NCBI GenBank assembly: GCA_000004985.1
Contig: GG738901.1
Length of the DNA: 64,000 bases
DNA from: Naegleria gruberi
Taxonomy: Eukaryota
Strand: one strand, 5' to 3'
Part shown: piece by piece, positions 53,724 through 63,789 of the stretch
How positions within the stretch are numbered: position 1 is the first letter of the stretch
How the letters are laid out: each line of letters begins with the position of its first letter
Program-made: the position numbers and the translations under genes
The notes under the pieces: generated by a model
The model's input: only the letters and a program-made list of their open reading frames with translations
Databases searched by the model: none
Told to the model about the DNA's origin: nothing

Positions 53724-56084
53724 ATGCTTGGAAAGAGAAGCAACAACTCTTCAACGTGCTGTGCCAGCAAGAAAACCAAATATGATTCTTGCTGTTCATC
53801 TTCATCCTGTTACTCTCCGTTTAATGTAGAATGGGATGGAGTGGAACGTTCCGAATTAGCCAACGTTTTACATCAAATTGGCTCCAATCCTCATCAATAT
53901 TCGTATGGCAAAAGAAATAGTGAAAAGGAAGGCTTGTTAGGCTTTCCTGGGTTGAAAATTCATTTCGATCATGATGTTTCCATCAATGTTGGATTGCCTC
54001 TCTGTTCGGAACAACTTGAATCCATACGGAATAATTTAAATTCTAATTTGCAATTAATATCGTCAAATTCTTCATCATCAACTTTATCGGAGAAGATGAT
54101 TTGTTTGAATGATGAAGATTTATTCTCCATTGAAAATCCCTATTGGATGGAACAATTAGAGGAAATACTGAAGGACGTTCTTTCACAATTACAAGTTGAA
54201 AATCACATATCTGGATTGATTAGAAAGAATTCACTCATCATTGCTAGTGAAGGGTGTTCGGATATTCCCATTACGAGTACACGAGAGAATTGTTTTGTCA
54301 AGTTGGTTGTGAGATTGCCTTCTAATTGTGAGGGTGGTCATGTAGTAGTTAATTCGGGAAAGATTTCTTACAACTTCTCTAAGGGGTCGTGCTATTCCAG
54401 TACTTTGACTGCTTGCTATTCTAACATTGATGCCACTATCAAGGGAATCACCAAAGGTTGTGCAATGTATTTGGTGTTTGATATTTGTCATCAGGATGGA
54501 TGTGAAACACCAACATTTATTAATTCTAAAGAGCTATTTAGCAAATTTATGGACAATTGGGAGAAATCACCCTACTTTGTAATAGAGTACAAGCAGAATT
54601 CTGATTATTATAAATCAATAACAAGCATATTGAATTGGTACGTACATGAAATGCCAATAGGAAGTTTAGAATTTGAATTTGGAACGCTGAATAATGATGT
54701 ATTGTACTTTCGTAGAATCAATGCAGATTTAGACATTAATTCGCAATCACTCCTCTTCTCTAAAGGAGATCGAGAAAATATTGAATGTATTATTATCATT
54801 TCAAAACATTTCACTACTGAAGTATATTTACATTTGGGCATGGAGATTGCTCTTGATTATTTGAAGAGAGTTTTCAATGGTGCCACTTCTCAACATATTA
54901 TTAACTTTTTAAAGAAAATAATTGACAAGTATTCCAAACAATTGGATGGAAAGAAGATTGTAGATTATATAATAGAATTGAACGATTTGGAGCTAGCAAA
55001 GTTACTGTTGAGAGAAATATTATGCCATAATTTCAATCATGAGGTTCTTTTCAAATTAGTACAAGCTTTCACACTCAAAGAATTGCGTACAGAAGTAATC
55101 AAGGTGTTATCAGTTTGTTTCATCGATCATTTGGATGGATGTGTGGATGTATTGGAGGCTCTTAATTGTCCTACAGTTTCTGCTTCAGTTTTACCTCAAT
55201 GTAGTCTGAGTGAACAAACATGTACATGCTCTCAGTTGGAAAAGGTTTTGGATTTGGCTTCAAAATTTGATATTGTCATTCAACAAATACCTGAAAACAT
55301 TAGCAAGCTATCAGGAAACCCAGATGATATGTACAGATTATCTAAAAAGATCAAAAATAAGAGTTGTATTAAGGAAACGTTACAAAGATCTTGGAAATCT
55401 AAAACACTCAATCCTAAAATGATTGTTGAATGTGTGGGTACTATAGGATTGACTGAATCTAGGGATTTAATGAGGGACGGAGTTGATTCATTCTGCTCAA
55501 GTCATAAAAATGTGGAAATCCTAGAAACTATTGGATCATTCTCGGAAATTCTCAACTCATCAAACGATGCTTCCTGCAATCTTGTAATGTCAATGCTAGC
55601 AAGAAACCTTATCAGCCGTACGAATTTTACAATTAGGTTTGTTCATCACCTAGTTATTCCATTCCTCAAACAATTGACCAATAAGGAAGCTCTATCTAAA
55701 AGTGCTACTCAATCAATTGCAAAACACTGCTTAAAACTTTACAATAACCAAAACAAGGTTGCTATCGAACACCTGCAACCTCTCAATAGCAAGATTTCCC
55801 ATATTATTCTATCATGTTCATGTGAAACGTGTGCTCCAGTTCAGGAATTTATAGAGTCGAATGAGAGAATTTACACTATCCCATTTGCTACAAAGGTTAA
55901 TGTTGACCATTTGGTCGAGAAAGTTTCGGGCTTCTACTCTGACATTCTCCTCAGCCAATCTTCAAATGGAAATGCAATAATTGAAAAAGTACTCCTCAAG
56001 CAAACCAAAATTGAAATCAAGGAGAACATTGCATTCTTAAACTCCTTACACGATTTGACTCTCCTTGAAGATGATGTAGAGTAG
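53724..56084 (+). CDS. Hypothetical protein, 786 aa (S-rich N-terminus, Cys-containing middle region, helical C-terminal half)
   Basis: Intact ORF with ATG. No confident domain call. Confidence 0.5.
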   Translation: MLGKRSNNSSTCCASKKTKYDSCCSSSSCYSPFNVEWDGVERSELANVLHQIGSNPHQYSYGKRNSEKEGLLGFPGLKIHFDHDVSINVGLPLCSEQLESIRNNLNSNLQLISSNSSSSTLSEKMICLNDEDLFSIENPYWMEQLEEILKDVLSQLQVENHISGLIRKNSLIIASEGCSDIPITSTRENCFVKLVVRLPSNCEGGHVVVNSGKISYNFSKGSCYSSTLTACYSNIDATIKGITKGCAMYLVFDICHQDGCETPTFINSKELFSKFMDNWEKSPYFVIEYKQNSDYYKSITSILNWYVHEMPIGSLEFEFGTLNNDVLYFRRINADLDINSQSLLFSKGDRENIECIIIISKHFTTEVYLHLGMEIALDYLKRVFNGATSQHIINFLKKIIDKYSKQLDGKKIVDYIIELNDLELAKLLLREILCHNFNHEVLFKLVQAFTLKELRTEVIKVLSVCFIDHLDGCVDVLEALNCPTVSASVLPQCSLSEQTCTCSQLEKVLDLASKFDIVIQQIPENISKLSGNPDDMYRLSKKIKNKSCIKETLQRSWKSKTLNPKMIVECVGTIGLTESRDLMRDGVDSFCSSHKNVEILETIGSFSEILNSSNDASCNLVMSMLARNLISRTNFTIRFVHHLVIPFLKQLTNKEALSKSATQSIAKHCLKLYNNQNKVAIEHLQPLNSKISHIILSCSCETCAPVQEFIESNERIYTIPFATKVNVDHLVEKVSGFYSDILLSQSSNGNAIIEKVLLKQTKIEIKENIAFLNSLHDLTLLEDDVE

Positions 56085-56115
56085 GAGTGCAATTACTGGG
56101 AGTACAAATTTACTA

Positions 56116-57224
56116 TTGGAGCCATTTGGATGCGGAGAATATTTAAAAAAAATGCTACATATTTCACCGCAATCCTTGCTACTCTTATTGCTCGTTATTT
56201 GCACTTGTTGCTGTTTGGGAGTGTCTTGTACACATTGTCCACCAGGTAGTTTCTTTGAGAAATCAGTTTGGGGAGGATGTTTTGGATGTGATCCGGGAAC
56301 ATATTGTAGGTTTATTAATTATTATGAAATAATTGTTAACTTGTAAAAGGTCCTGGTGATGATAGAGCTTATCCTTGTCAAGTTGGTACTATAGCCCCGA
56401 ATACTGGATCTGTTTCATGTAGTCCTTGTCCTAGTGGATACAACACGAATCCGGCTCATACTAATTGCTCAAAATGTTCTAGTGGAAGAATGTCTCCTGA
56501 TGAGACTTTTTGTTTGTTGCCAAATACTCCTTTTAATGCTGTTCCATTTATTGGAAATGTTTTAACAATTGGAGGAAAGCAAACATTTTCCTATGTTGAG
56601 GTTTCCTTCCTCAATACTGATGAAACTGAAAGAGGAATGACCCAACTTACATTGATGAGTAAGGATAGAACCAATCTATTGGTTTATGCATCATCAGTGA
56701 CAGGATCTCCTAGCCCTGTAAATTATGAGTATTCTGGTTTTGGGCAGAATGTCACTTTAGCTATTAAGGGAAAGGCAGATACCACTTCTCTAATTTACTT
56801 GAACATTACTATTGTTGATAATCCAGAAAAACTACCATTCACACTAACTTCCACATTTTACAATATGAAAATCGATCAAATCAAGAAGGTTGACGATGGA
56901 GACAATTTCATTACTTTGGATACCAACTTTGAAGGAGAGGTTATTTTACAATATTCCAACATTAATATTCATGCAGATATTCAGTTCACCATCTCACTAC
57001 AGGGCTACATGTTCTATCATGTGTTTTACAGTTCTAACCAATTGATTCAATATCCAAATCCAAATAATGCTGATTTTGTCTATTATGGAGGAGATGCCAG
57101 AACCAATCCTATTGTTCAAGTCAATGCCATGAATAGAGCACCAGGATTTGTCAACGTTGCCATTCAATCCAAGTACGGCAATAGTGATGTTATTAAGGTG
57201 AATGTTAAAACTCTCAAACATTAA
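56116..57224 (+). CDS. Secreted Cys-rich protein with TNFR/ephrin-receptor-like Cys repeats plus a beta-rich C-terminal domain, 355 aa, 2 exons (56116-56305, 56350-57224)
   Basis: Signal peptide MLHISPQSLLLLLLVICTCCCLGVSC, then CTHCPPGSFFEKSVWGGCFGCDPGTY. A donor TAT T|GTAGGT (phase 1), a 44-nt intron and an acceptor TGTAAAAG| regenerate the Cys codon (…GTYC-PGDDRAYPCQVGTIAPNTGSVSCSPCPSGYNTNPAHTNCSKCSSG…). This is the C..C..G.y…C..C..G pattern. Exons sum to 1065 nt. Confidence 0.6.
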
Positions 57225-57239
57225 TTTATTTACACTTTC

Positions 57240-58526
57240 CTAATTGCTTGTAATTTCATTAATCTTACCAACAAAGAGAACACTCTGAGTTGGAACGTGA
57301 TGCAAAATAAAAGCAAAAGGTCTGTCAGCAATGAATTCATAAACCTCCTCAGATGCAGCCCTTCTCTTTCGTTTACAAGCTACGGCAGTTGCAGCACTTG
57401 CCACTGTTCCTGACTCATCTACTTGAATGCATGCCTTGTGAATTATTTGACTGACACATACACCATCAACTTGTGGATTGGAGAGCATATTGGAAAAATC
57501 AGCATTGGTTGGACTAAACAATCTATTGATTTCGAATGGTTTCTTGGCTATAGTTGGAATGATATTGTCAAATTGCTTTTCAAATTTGAATTTTGGAATT
57601 TGAATTCTGTTCATTTTGACTGATTCACTTGGATTGAGTCGACTAATATCGGTCAACTTGGATTGAAGCCACTTGTTAAATTCTGTTTCGTTTTCTTCAT
57701 CAATCTCTAAATCATCATTTGGTTTAATAAATGTCATACAATATTCTTCATCTGTGTATGGTAATTGTAAAATTTGATAATCATCCATTTCTTCATAGAG
57801 GAATTTTGACTTGCAATCTTCCAAACTCATCATTTGACAGTTGCATTCTCCATTCAAGGTGTTAAATGATTTTTCAATAGTTCTATTCTTGTTAAATTGA
57901 TGTTTCCACTTTCCATTAAAGTAAATTGCATTTACAATGACCATAAGTGTGTCTGAATCCAATTTAGATATTAAATTCTTGATATTATTCTTAGTATTGG
58001 ATGCAACCCATGCATTGATATTCTTCACTTCTATATTGGCCATACCCTTAAAGTTTGCCAATTGAGTTTGAGAATCAAATTGGTCAACCAACTCATTAAT
58101 AAATTCATTCTTAACACCAAGAGATTTTTCCAGATAAATTCTATTGGCAATTGATAAAACGCTCTCATTTTGAACAATATTCTTAATCATACCCGAATAT
58201 TGCTTCAATTCACTTTCCTTCCATTTTTGGAATTGCTCAACTGCATTTTCCATTTTACAACTATTAAAACTTTCTCTCAAAAACAAGCCATCAATCATTT
58301 CCCTCAATGTTTCTCCACCTGTTCCCAACATGCAATTCATCATTGCAATATAAATCGAAAATGGTGAAATGATCAAATTTCCATTTCCATTTTCCTGCAC
58401 AAATTGACCAAACAATGCAGAGGAAAATTCATTCTGGGCCAACAACATGTTATTCTGTGCTTGTTTCTTATTATTGGAAGCATTGTTTCTAGTACTTGAT
58501 AATTTCTTACTGTTTACCTTGACCAT
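57240..58526 (-). CDS. Serpin (serine protease inhibitor), 428 aa, no signal peptide, polybasic reactive-centre loop
   Basis: Serpin hinge and RCL ESGTVASAATAVACKRKRRAASEEV, followed by the invariant FIADRPFAFIL…VLFVGKI C-terminal block. Breach/shutter blocks are NAIYFNGKWKHQF and TDEEYCMTFIKP. The ATG is in A-rich context. Confidence 0.85.
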   Translation of the reverse strand: MVKVNSKKLSSTRNNASNNKKQAQNNMLLAQNEFSSALFGQFVQENGNGNLIISPFSIYIAMMNCMLGTGGETLREMIDGLFLRESFNSCKMENAVEQFQKWKESELKQYSGMIKNIVQNESVLSIANRIYLEKSLGVKNEFINELVDQFDSQTQLANFKGMANIEVKNINAWVASNTKNNIKNLISKLDSDTLMVIVNAIYFNGKWKHQFNKNRTIEKSFNTLNGECNCQMMSLEDCKSKFLYEEMDDYQILQLPYTDEEYCMTFIKPNDDLEIDEENETEFNKWLQSKLTDISRLNPSESVKMNRIQIPKFKFEKQFDNIIPTIAKKPFEINRLFSPTNADFSNMLSNPQVDGVCVSQIIHKACIQVDESGTVASAATAVACKRKRRAASEEVYEFIADRPFAFILHHVPTQSVLFVGKINEITSN

Positions 58527-58823
58527 TTTTTATTCTGAATATAAGTTATTAATGTTGATGAAGATCTGATTACAGAGTGTTATTGTTTTGTTTTTTTTGA
58601 ATTGTTTTTTTTGTTGTGATCGGTTAAATATCTAAAGAAATGTTGCGATTGCGATTGGATATTTTTTGTTGTAACATGGTAAAGTTTGGAGGTCACATTC
58701 CAGTTCAAAGATACCAAAATATTTGTATGTTTGAATATTCTTCATAGATCATGCATGAAAAATGTTGAAGTTCAATAAAGTTTATTACAAATTATTGTTG
58801 AAACTAAACTAAATTCTTTAATG

Positions 58824-59372
58824 TTAATCCATTTTGATTCGTTTACTGCTGCTGGAAGAAGAAACACAATTAGATGAAGAAGAATTGTTCATTGATTCGA
58901 AACTATTCTTACGAGGTCGTCCCCTTGGTCGTTTCGGAAGAGTTTTCTTCAATTCTTCTTCTTCCTTAATAGATTCCAGAGTCGATACGATGAAGAATAC
59001 ATTATTAGGTTTGCTAATGTTGCTCGGAGTAGTATTTACATGCGGAGGATAAGAGGAGTTGATCTTTGGAGTGGTGGTGGAGTTATAATTGAGGGTTTTC
59101 ATTGAATGCTTCTTGTTGGAAGTATGATTGGATGACTTCATCTCGATTAGTTTGGATGGTTGTAATTTGCATTCTTCTACCTTCTCAAACACAATATTAT
59201 TATTAGCATAGGTATTATTCGTAGTATTATTAGTGGAAGTATTATTCACTGGACAATAATTGTTATCATCGTTTTCCAAGCACGGAAGGAATGAATCATC
59301 ATTAGAGTTCTGTAACAGCAGATGTAACAAGAATAAAAGTGTCTGTTCGTGTATTGTATTGGTTGGAAGCAT
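58824..59372 (-). CDS. AT-hook-containing N/S/T-rich protein (182 aa)
   Basis: AT-hook KRPRGRPRKN near the C-terminus. The remainder is low complexity (NNTTNNTYANNN, SSSSSNCVSSSSSS). Confidence 0.4.
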   Translation of the reverse strand: MLPTNTIHEQTLLFLLHLLLQNSNDDSFLPCLENDDNNYCPVNNTSTNNTTNNTYANNNIVFEKVEECKLQPSKLIEMKSSNHTSNKKHSMKTLNYNSTTTPKINSSYPPHVNTTPSNISKPNNVFFIVSTLESIKEEEELKKTLPKRPRGRPRKNSFESMNNSSSSNCVSSSSSSKRIKMD

Positions 59373-59816
59373 TCTTTTTGAGCTGTTTAATCTACAACAC
59401 TATGTATACGTGTATTAATAGCAAAATAATAAGATCCTCTACTATGGTAATGGTTTACGACAACTCAGGAAATATGTCTCCACCTTATTTGGAATATCTC
59501 TGTGAATAAGTCCATATTTCTCAAAACTCAGAATTATGAAAGATGCACAGTATTAAGTAATGACAGTCTCAGTTATGGTAAATGAAAATGGTTGATTGTT
59601 ATCCAAATTTTTGAGATTATATATAAGACTTTTTATGGGAACGTTGTATATTATTTTCAGCATTGATTCTCATTACATGAACTTCCACTGAAATAACCAC
59701 AGGAATATCTCCAATTCGAATGAACTGAGAGGGAGATTTGAAAGTGTAATCCTCAATCTTGTCTGCAATGAAAGTTTCACCTTAAGGTAAACTATGAGCT
59801 GAAGTGATCATGATGG

Positions 59817-60782
59817 TTACCCTCCACGCAATCTAAATATCATGGTCAATTTAGAATCGCTGTTAATCTCCAATTCTTTCAATGTTTTTTCATCATCTTC
59901 CTCTGGAATTGGTTTTGACTTGTGAACAATTCTGACACCATCCAAATTTCCCCATGCCTCTACTACCTGGAGACGAATCATTCTGAAACTATCTTCTGGA
60001 TTCACATAAACTTTCAAATCTCTTCCAGCCATTGATTTAATGTGCAATTCCATAGAGCTGGCCTTTGTGGAAAATATGGAAATTTTCTTATCATATAACA
60101 AGTCTTGTCCCACAAATCGAAATGCATTAGGATTTTGATTCAGGGCAGTTAAATTAATTTCTCTATCATTCTTGAGTGATTTTCCAATATATTCCAATGA
60201 TAAACCATACTGTTTCACAATTTCCAACATGAATTCTCTATTATTCAATAAATCTTGATTGTGAACATATCTGATAGCTCTTGGATTTCGTTTCAGAGCA
60301 GCCCTACAAATTTCCTCATCTTCCCTAATGTCCAAATCCATATCTTTTAACAAGATCCAATTTTCCTGAACTAATTCCTTGACAAATTTTCGATCTCTTC
60401 TCAATGTCTTTCCAATATATCCACTATTCATAAAATCATCCTTCGAAACGGCTTTCAAAATAATCTCCCTATCATTTCTCAACGTTTCATGAATAATTTT
60501 CAATGCATCACTTCCATGTTTACTGACCACAGCAAGGGCAACATCTCTATCCAAACCAAAATCGAATGGTTTTCTACTCGGAACAAATGGAACATTCGAG
60601 TGTCTAATCTGCTTTAAAATCATTAATTTTGAATAGAGCAAATTTGTTCGTTCTTGTGATTTCTTCATCATTTCATTCCGTAACATTTGTTGCAAATTAA
60701 ATTCAGAAGAATAATTATTTGTATTTGTCGATTCATCATGGTGATGACTTTGAAAATCGATGAGAATAATTTTTGTGGGCAT
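59817..60782 (-). CDS. DUF4116-type repeat protein with C-terminal ubiquitin-like domain ending …RLRGG* (321 aa)
   Basis: ATG at 60782. There are four or five repeats of roughly 35 aa matching the DUF4116 pattern (DREIILKAVSKDDF…, DEEICRAALKRNPRAIRYV…, NREFMLEIVKQYGLSLEYI…, DREINLTALNQNPNAFRFV…). The last 78 aa, MELHIKSMAGRDLKVYVNPEDSFRMIRLQVVEAWGNLDGVRIVHKSKPIPEEDDEKTLKELEINSDSKLTMIFRLRGG*, align with ubiquitin, including the terminal diglycine. Confidence 0.65.
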   Translation of the reverse strand: MPTKIILIDFQSHHHDESTNTNNYSSEFNLQQMLRNEMMKKSQERTNLLYSKLMILKQIRHSNVPFVPSRKPFDFGLDRDVALAVVSKHGSDALKIIHETLRNDREIILKAVSKDDFMNSGYIGKTLRRDRKFVKELVQENWILLKDMDLDIREDEEICRAALKRNPRAIRYVHNQDLLNNREFMLEIVKQYGLSLEYIGKSLKNDREINLTALNQNPNAFRFVGQDLLYDKKISIFSTKASSMELHIKSMAGRDLKVYVNPEDSFRMIRLQVVEAWGNLDGVRIVHKSKPIPEEDDEKTLKELEINSDSKLTMIFRLRGG

Positions 60783-61037
60783 TTTGGTGGTTTTCTTATT
60801 TTTTTGATCTTTTCCAAGTTTTGATCTTAATTAAGTTGGAAATTGAGGTCTTTTGTAATGTTTTAGAGTTTTTTGAATGGAATTTCAAGAGATTTAAAGA
60901 GTTCAAACATTCGAGTGACGATTCAAAACATAAGAATGAATGTGAATCCATCTAGTTTTCCTGCTTTTGTTATAAAATTCAAGTGAATTCACAATAGTAA
61001 AAACATGATGAATAGTGAAATAGGAAAATGAATTGTT

Positions 61038-61916
61038 TTAATTTAGTTTAATAAAACTAGGTGGAACACTTGGAAAGTGTTTAATATATTCAATTCCTCC
61101 TCCATTAGCTATTTCGTCCCTATGAATATCGAGATATTTCAAATTCTTCATTTCACTAATCAATTTTGCACTATCAGCTTTCAAACGATTATCGAAAATA
61201 TTGAGAGCTGTCAGATTGTTCATTTCACAAATGTGTTTAGCTCCGTTGTGAGTTATATCACTGCAGGCAATGTCGAGTTTAGTCAACTGATTTAGTTCAC
61301 TTAAATATTTGGCTCCTTCTTTCTCAATACTATTTCTGTGAATACTGAGATCGGTCAATTGTTTCAATTTGCAAATTGATTTGACTCCCTCGACATCCAT
61401 TCTATTACAAGCAATATCAAGATATGTTAAATTTTCAAGTTGACTAATATATTCAGCTCCTTCATTTCCAATATTATTGTAAATAATATTGAGCTCTCTC
61501 AATTGTTTCAATTTACCAATCTCCTTGGCACCTTTTACTCCAAGTTTGTTCATTCCTATATCAAGCTTTGTCAATTGACTCATCTTTTGTAAAGCATCCA
61601 AAACATTGTCCAAAACTCCATCTTCCAACAATGTGTTTAATTGAAATTTCGCACCAATAACATTTTCCAAAAATTCACTTTGCATCATTAGTCTACTATT
61701 TTCTAAAGTGATACTTTGGGTAAAGTGCAAATTAATTTTGGTGAATTGTTTAATAATTTGCTTCCACTGTTTAGAAATTAAAACACCACTCCATAGTAGA
61801 AATTCATGTGGAAGATATAAAATTATTTCTGAACAAATATCATCGGGAAAGTTGAAATTATTCAGAGTTTTGATGCTTGTGGTTGTGGTGGTGGTGCTTG
61901 TTGTGTGATTAATCAT
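61038..61916 (-). CDS. F-box-like / RNI-type leucine-rich repeat protein (paralogue of 8324-9808)
   Basis: The first ATG in A-rich context is at 61916 (MINHTTSTTTTTT…). The track start at 62084 is TTG. F-box-like FPDDICSEIILYLPHEFLLWSGVLISKQWKQII, then about 9 repeats of 24 aa with the pattern L..L..LdI..N.iG.eGak.I..l. Confidence 0.65.
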   Translation of the reverse strand: MINHTTSTTTTTTSIKTLNNFNFPDDICSEIILYLPHEFLLWSGVLISKQWKQIIKQFTKINLHFTQSITLENSRLMMQSEFLENVIGAKFQLNTLLEDGVLDNVLDALQKMSQLTKLDIGMNKLGVKGAKEIGKLKQLRELNIIYNNIGNEGAEYISQLENLTYLDIACNRMDVEGVKSICKLKQLTDLSIHRNSIEKEGAKYLSELNQLTKLDIACSDITHNGAKHICEMNNLTALNIFDNRLKADSAKLISEMKNLKYLDIHRDEIANGGGIEYIKHFPSVPPSFIKLN

Positions 61917-62061
61917 TTTTTTCTTGTTAAATTCATTAGAGTTTAATGAAACCTTCTTGGTTTTGGAGATTTTTTGGTGTTTCTTTTTGGTTGACTTGTT
62001 AAAAGTGGTAACACTCAATATTTCTATAAATAATTTGAGTGTGTTTGTAATTATCTCGAGA

Positions 62062-63751
62062 TTATTTGTTGTTGAATAGCTCAATAATTTCCTTTACCTG
62101 GGTTGGGTAGAACTTGGATTCAAATGTCATTCCAGTGCATTGAATAATTTGTGATCTGTGACATGGACCAAAGAGTTTGAGAATGCATTTGGCAAAATCA
62201 TTGCTAGTTGTCTTCTTTTTATCATCGTCTAGTAGTGTCCAATTAATATCCAAAATTTCCAAAATTAATTTGGAAATACTCGCATTTTCACCATCCAATT
62301 TGAGGATTACTTTCTTGGATGGATAAGAATAAGTGAACAACATTTCTAATTTGAAAGAAAGCTCAGATAAAGTACCATTTGCCATCTCAAACATGGCATT
62401 GGCAAATATCTTCTCCTCATGAATATATTCTGTAAATCCAATGCTGTAAGCTTCATGAAGTGTGAAATACTTGAGCTTGGAAGATGAATTCATTGATGGA
62501 AATGTCGTAACTTGGCGATTGAATCACTGAATCGAACGAGAACAAATTCTGAGATTTTCTTGCCGAGTGTTTAAGGATTTCCCTCCTAATGTAATGGAAA
62601 TATTCCATTCGTTGAGAGTGTCTCAAATCAGATTGAATAATTGGAGTTAGAATTTCCTCCTCTAAATATTTCAATCCTTCCTTTACAGTATCTGATTCAG
62701 ATTTCAATCTATTATCATCCTCTTCGTCCTCTTCATATGATATTTCTTCTATGGATCCCAATTCCTTAATCATACTCTCCATGACATTACTATTATTGTT
62801 AGCAAACGGTGCCAGACAGTTATATGTTTTGGAGCCAGCACAAATCATTAAAAAATTGAGGAAATCTTCCCAATTCCACATGATAGGAATATCCAACTCT
62901 TTCATTACTTCCGTAATGGCTTCAGAGTCAATTTTTCCAATAGCTTCATAAGAATGGTAATTGTTTTGATATTGAACTAGAATCTTCTCTTCATTATTCG
63001 AATCTCTCACCGTCAATTCATAAAATCTCTCCAGATTATAGGTTCTAGTATTCGGTCCATAAACAAAATGTTGAGAAAATATCATAAATTCCCTAATATC
63101 ATTCTCTTGTTGATTTGATTTTTTCAAAATCTTCAACTCTGCTCTTCCTCCCTGAGCTTGTGAAAAAATTCCACCAATAAATGAATTAAACGAAACTCTT
63201 CCACTCTTGAACAAGTCGCAATTTTCCATAATAACGAAGAACTCTGCAAAATGTTCATCATTTTCAAACAAATAATCAAAATACGAATCATCATTAGTAC
63301 AAATCATGCAATTTCTAATTTCGGCATTGATTTTCAATAGGCAACCATGAAAAAATTCACAACTTTTATCCTCTAGATCTATCTTGATTTTTGATAATCT
63401 ATTCATGAAGAATAATGGATCGGTGGATGAAGATGAAATGTGCAATTCTTCAGAAATTGCTTGATTGACCAATCGGAAAGTTAAAACCTCATGCAGTGGT
63501 AGAAAGGAATAAATATTGAACAAGACAGCACCATTTAGCCATGTTGAATGATGTGGTAATGTGATGCCAGATTTTTCTTGTTTAAATTCTTCCATTTTTT
63601 TCAAAATCAAATTGTAATTTAAATGTACTTTAATGGAAGTGCCATCTCCATATTGAAATGGTTGGTTGCTGGCATAATGACGAGCAAAGTAGGGCTGATT
63701 CCTTGGAAAATGTCTTTTCATCAATAATTTTGCTATTAGAATCTGATTCAT
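62062..63751 (-). CDS. F-box-like protein encoded by two overlapping minus-strand ORFs (62453-63751 and 62062-62493); probably one gene with an unresolved frame change
   Basis: The upstream ORF has an F-box-like LFNIYSFLPLHEVLTFRLVNQAISEEL and ends SINEFIFQAQVFHTS*. The downstream ORF overlaps by 41 nt in another frame. The obvious donor (CAA|GTATTT) does not give a phase-compatible acceptor, so the junction is unresolved. It may be a frameshift or pseudogene, or I may have missed a splice pattern. Confidence 0.4.
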
Positions 63752-63789
63752 CTCTGGTATTTAATGGTGGGTTGTTAAATGATTATAAT

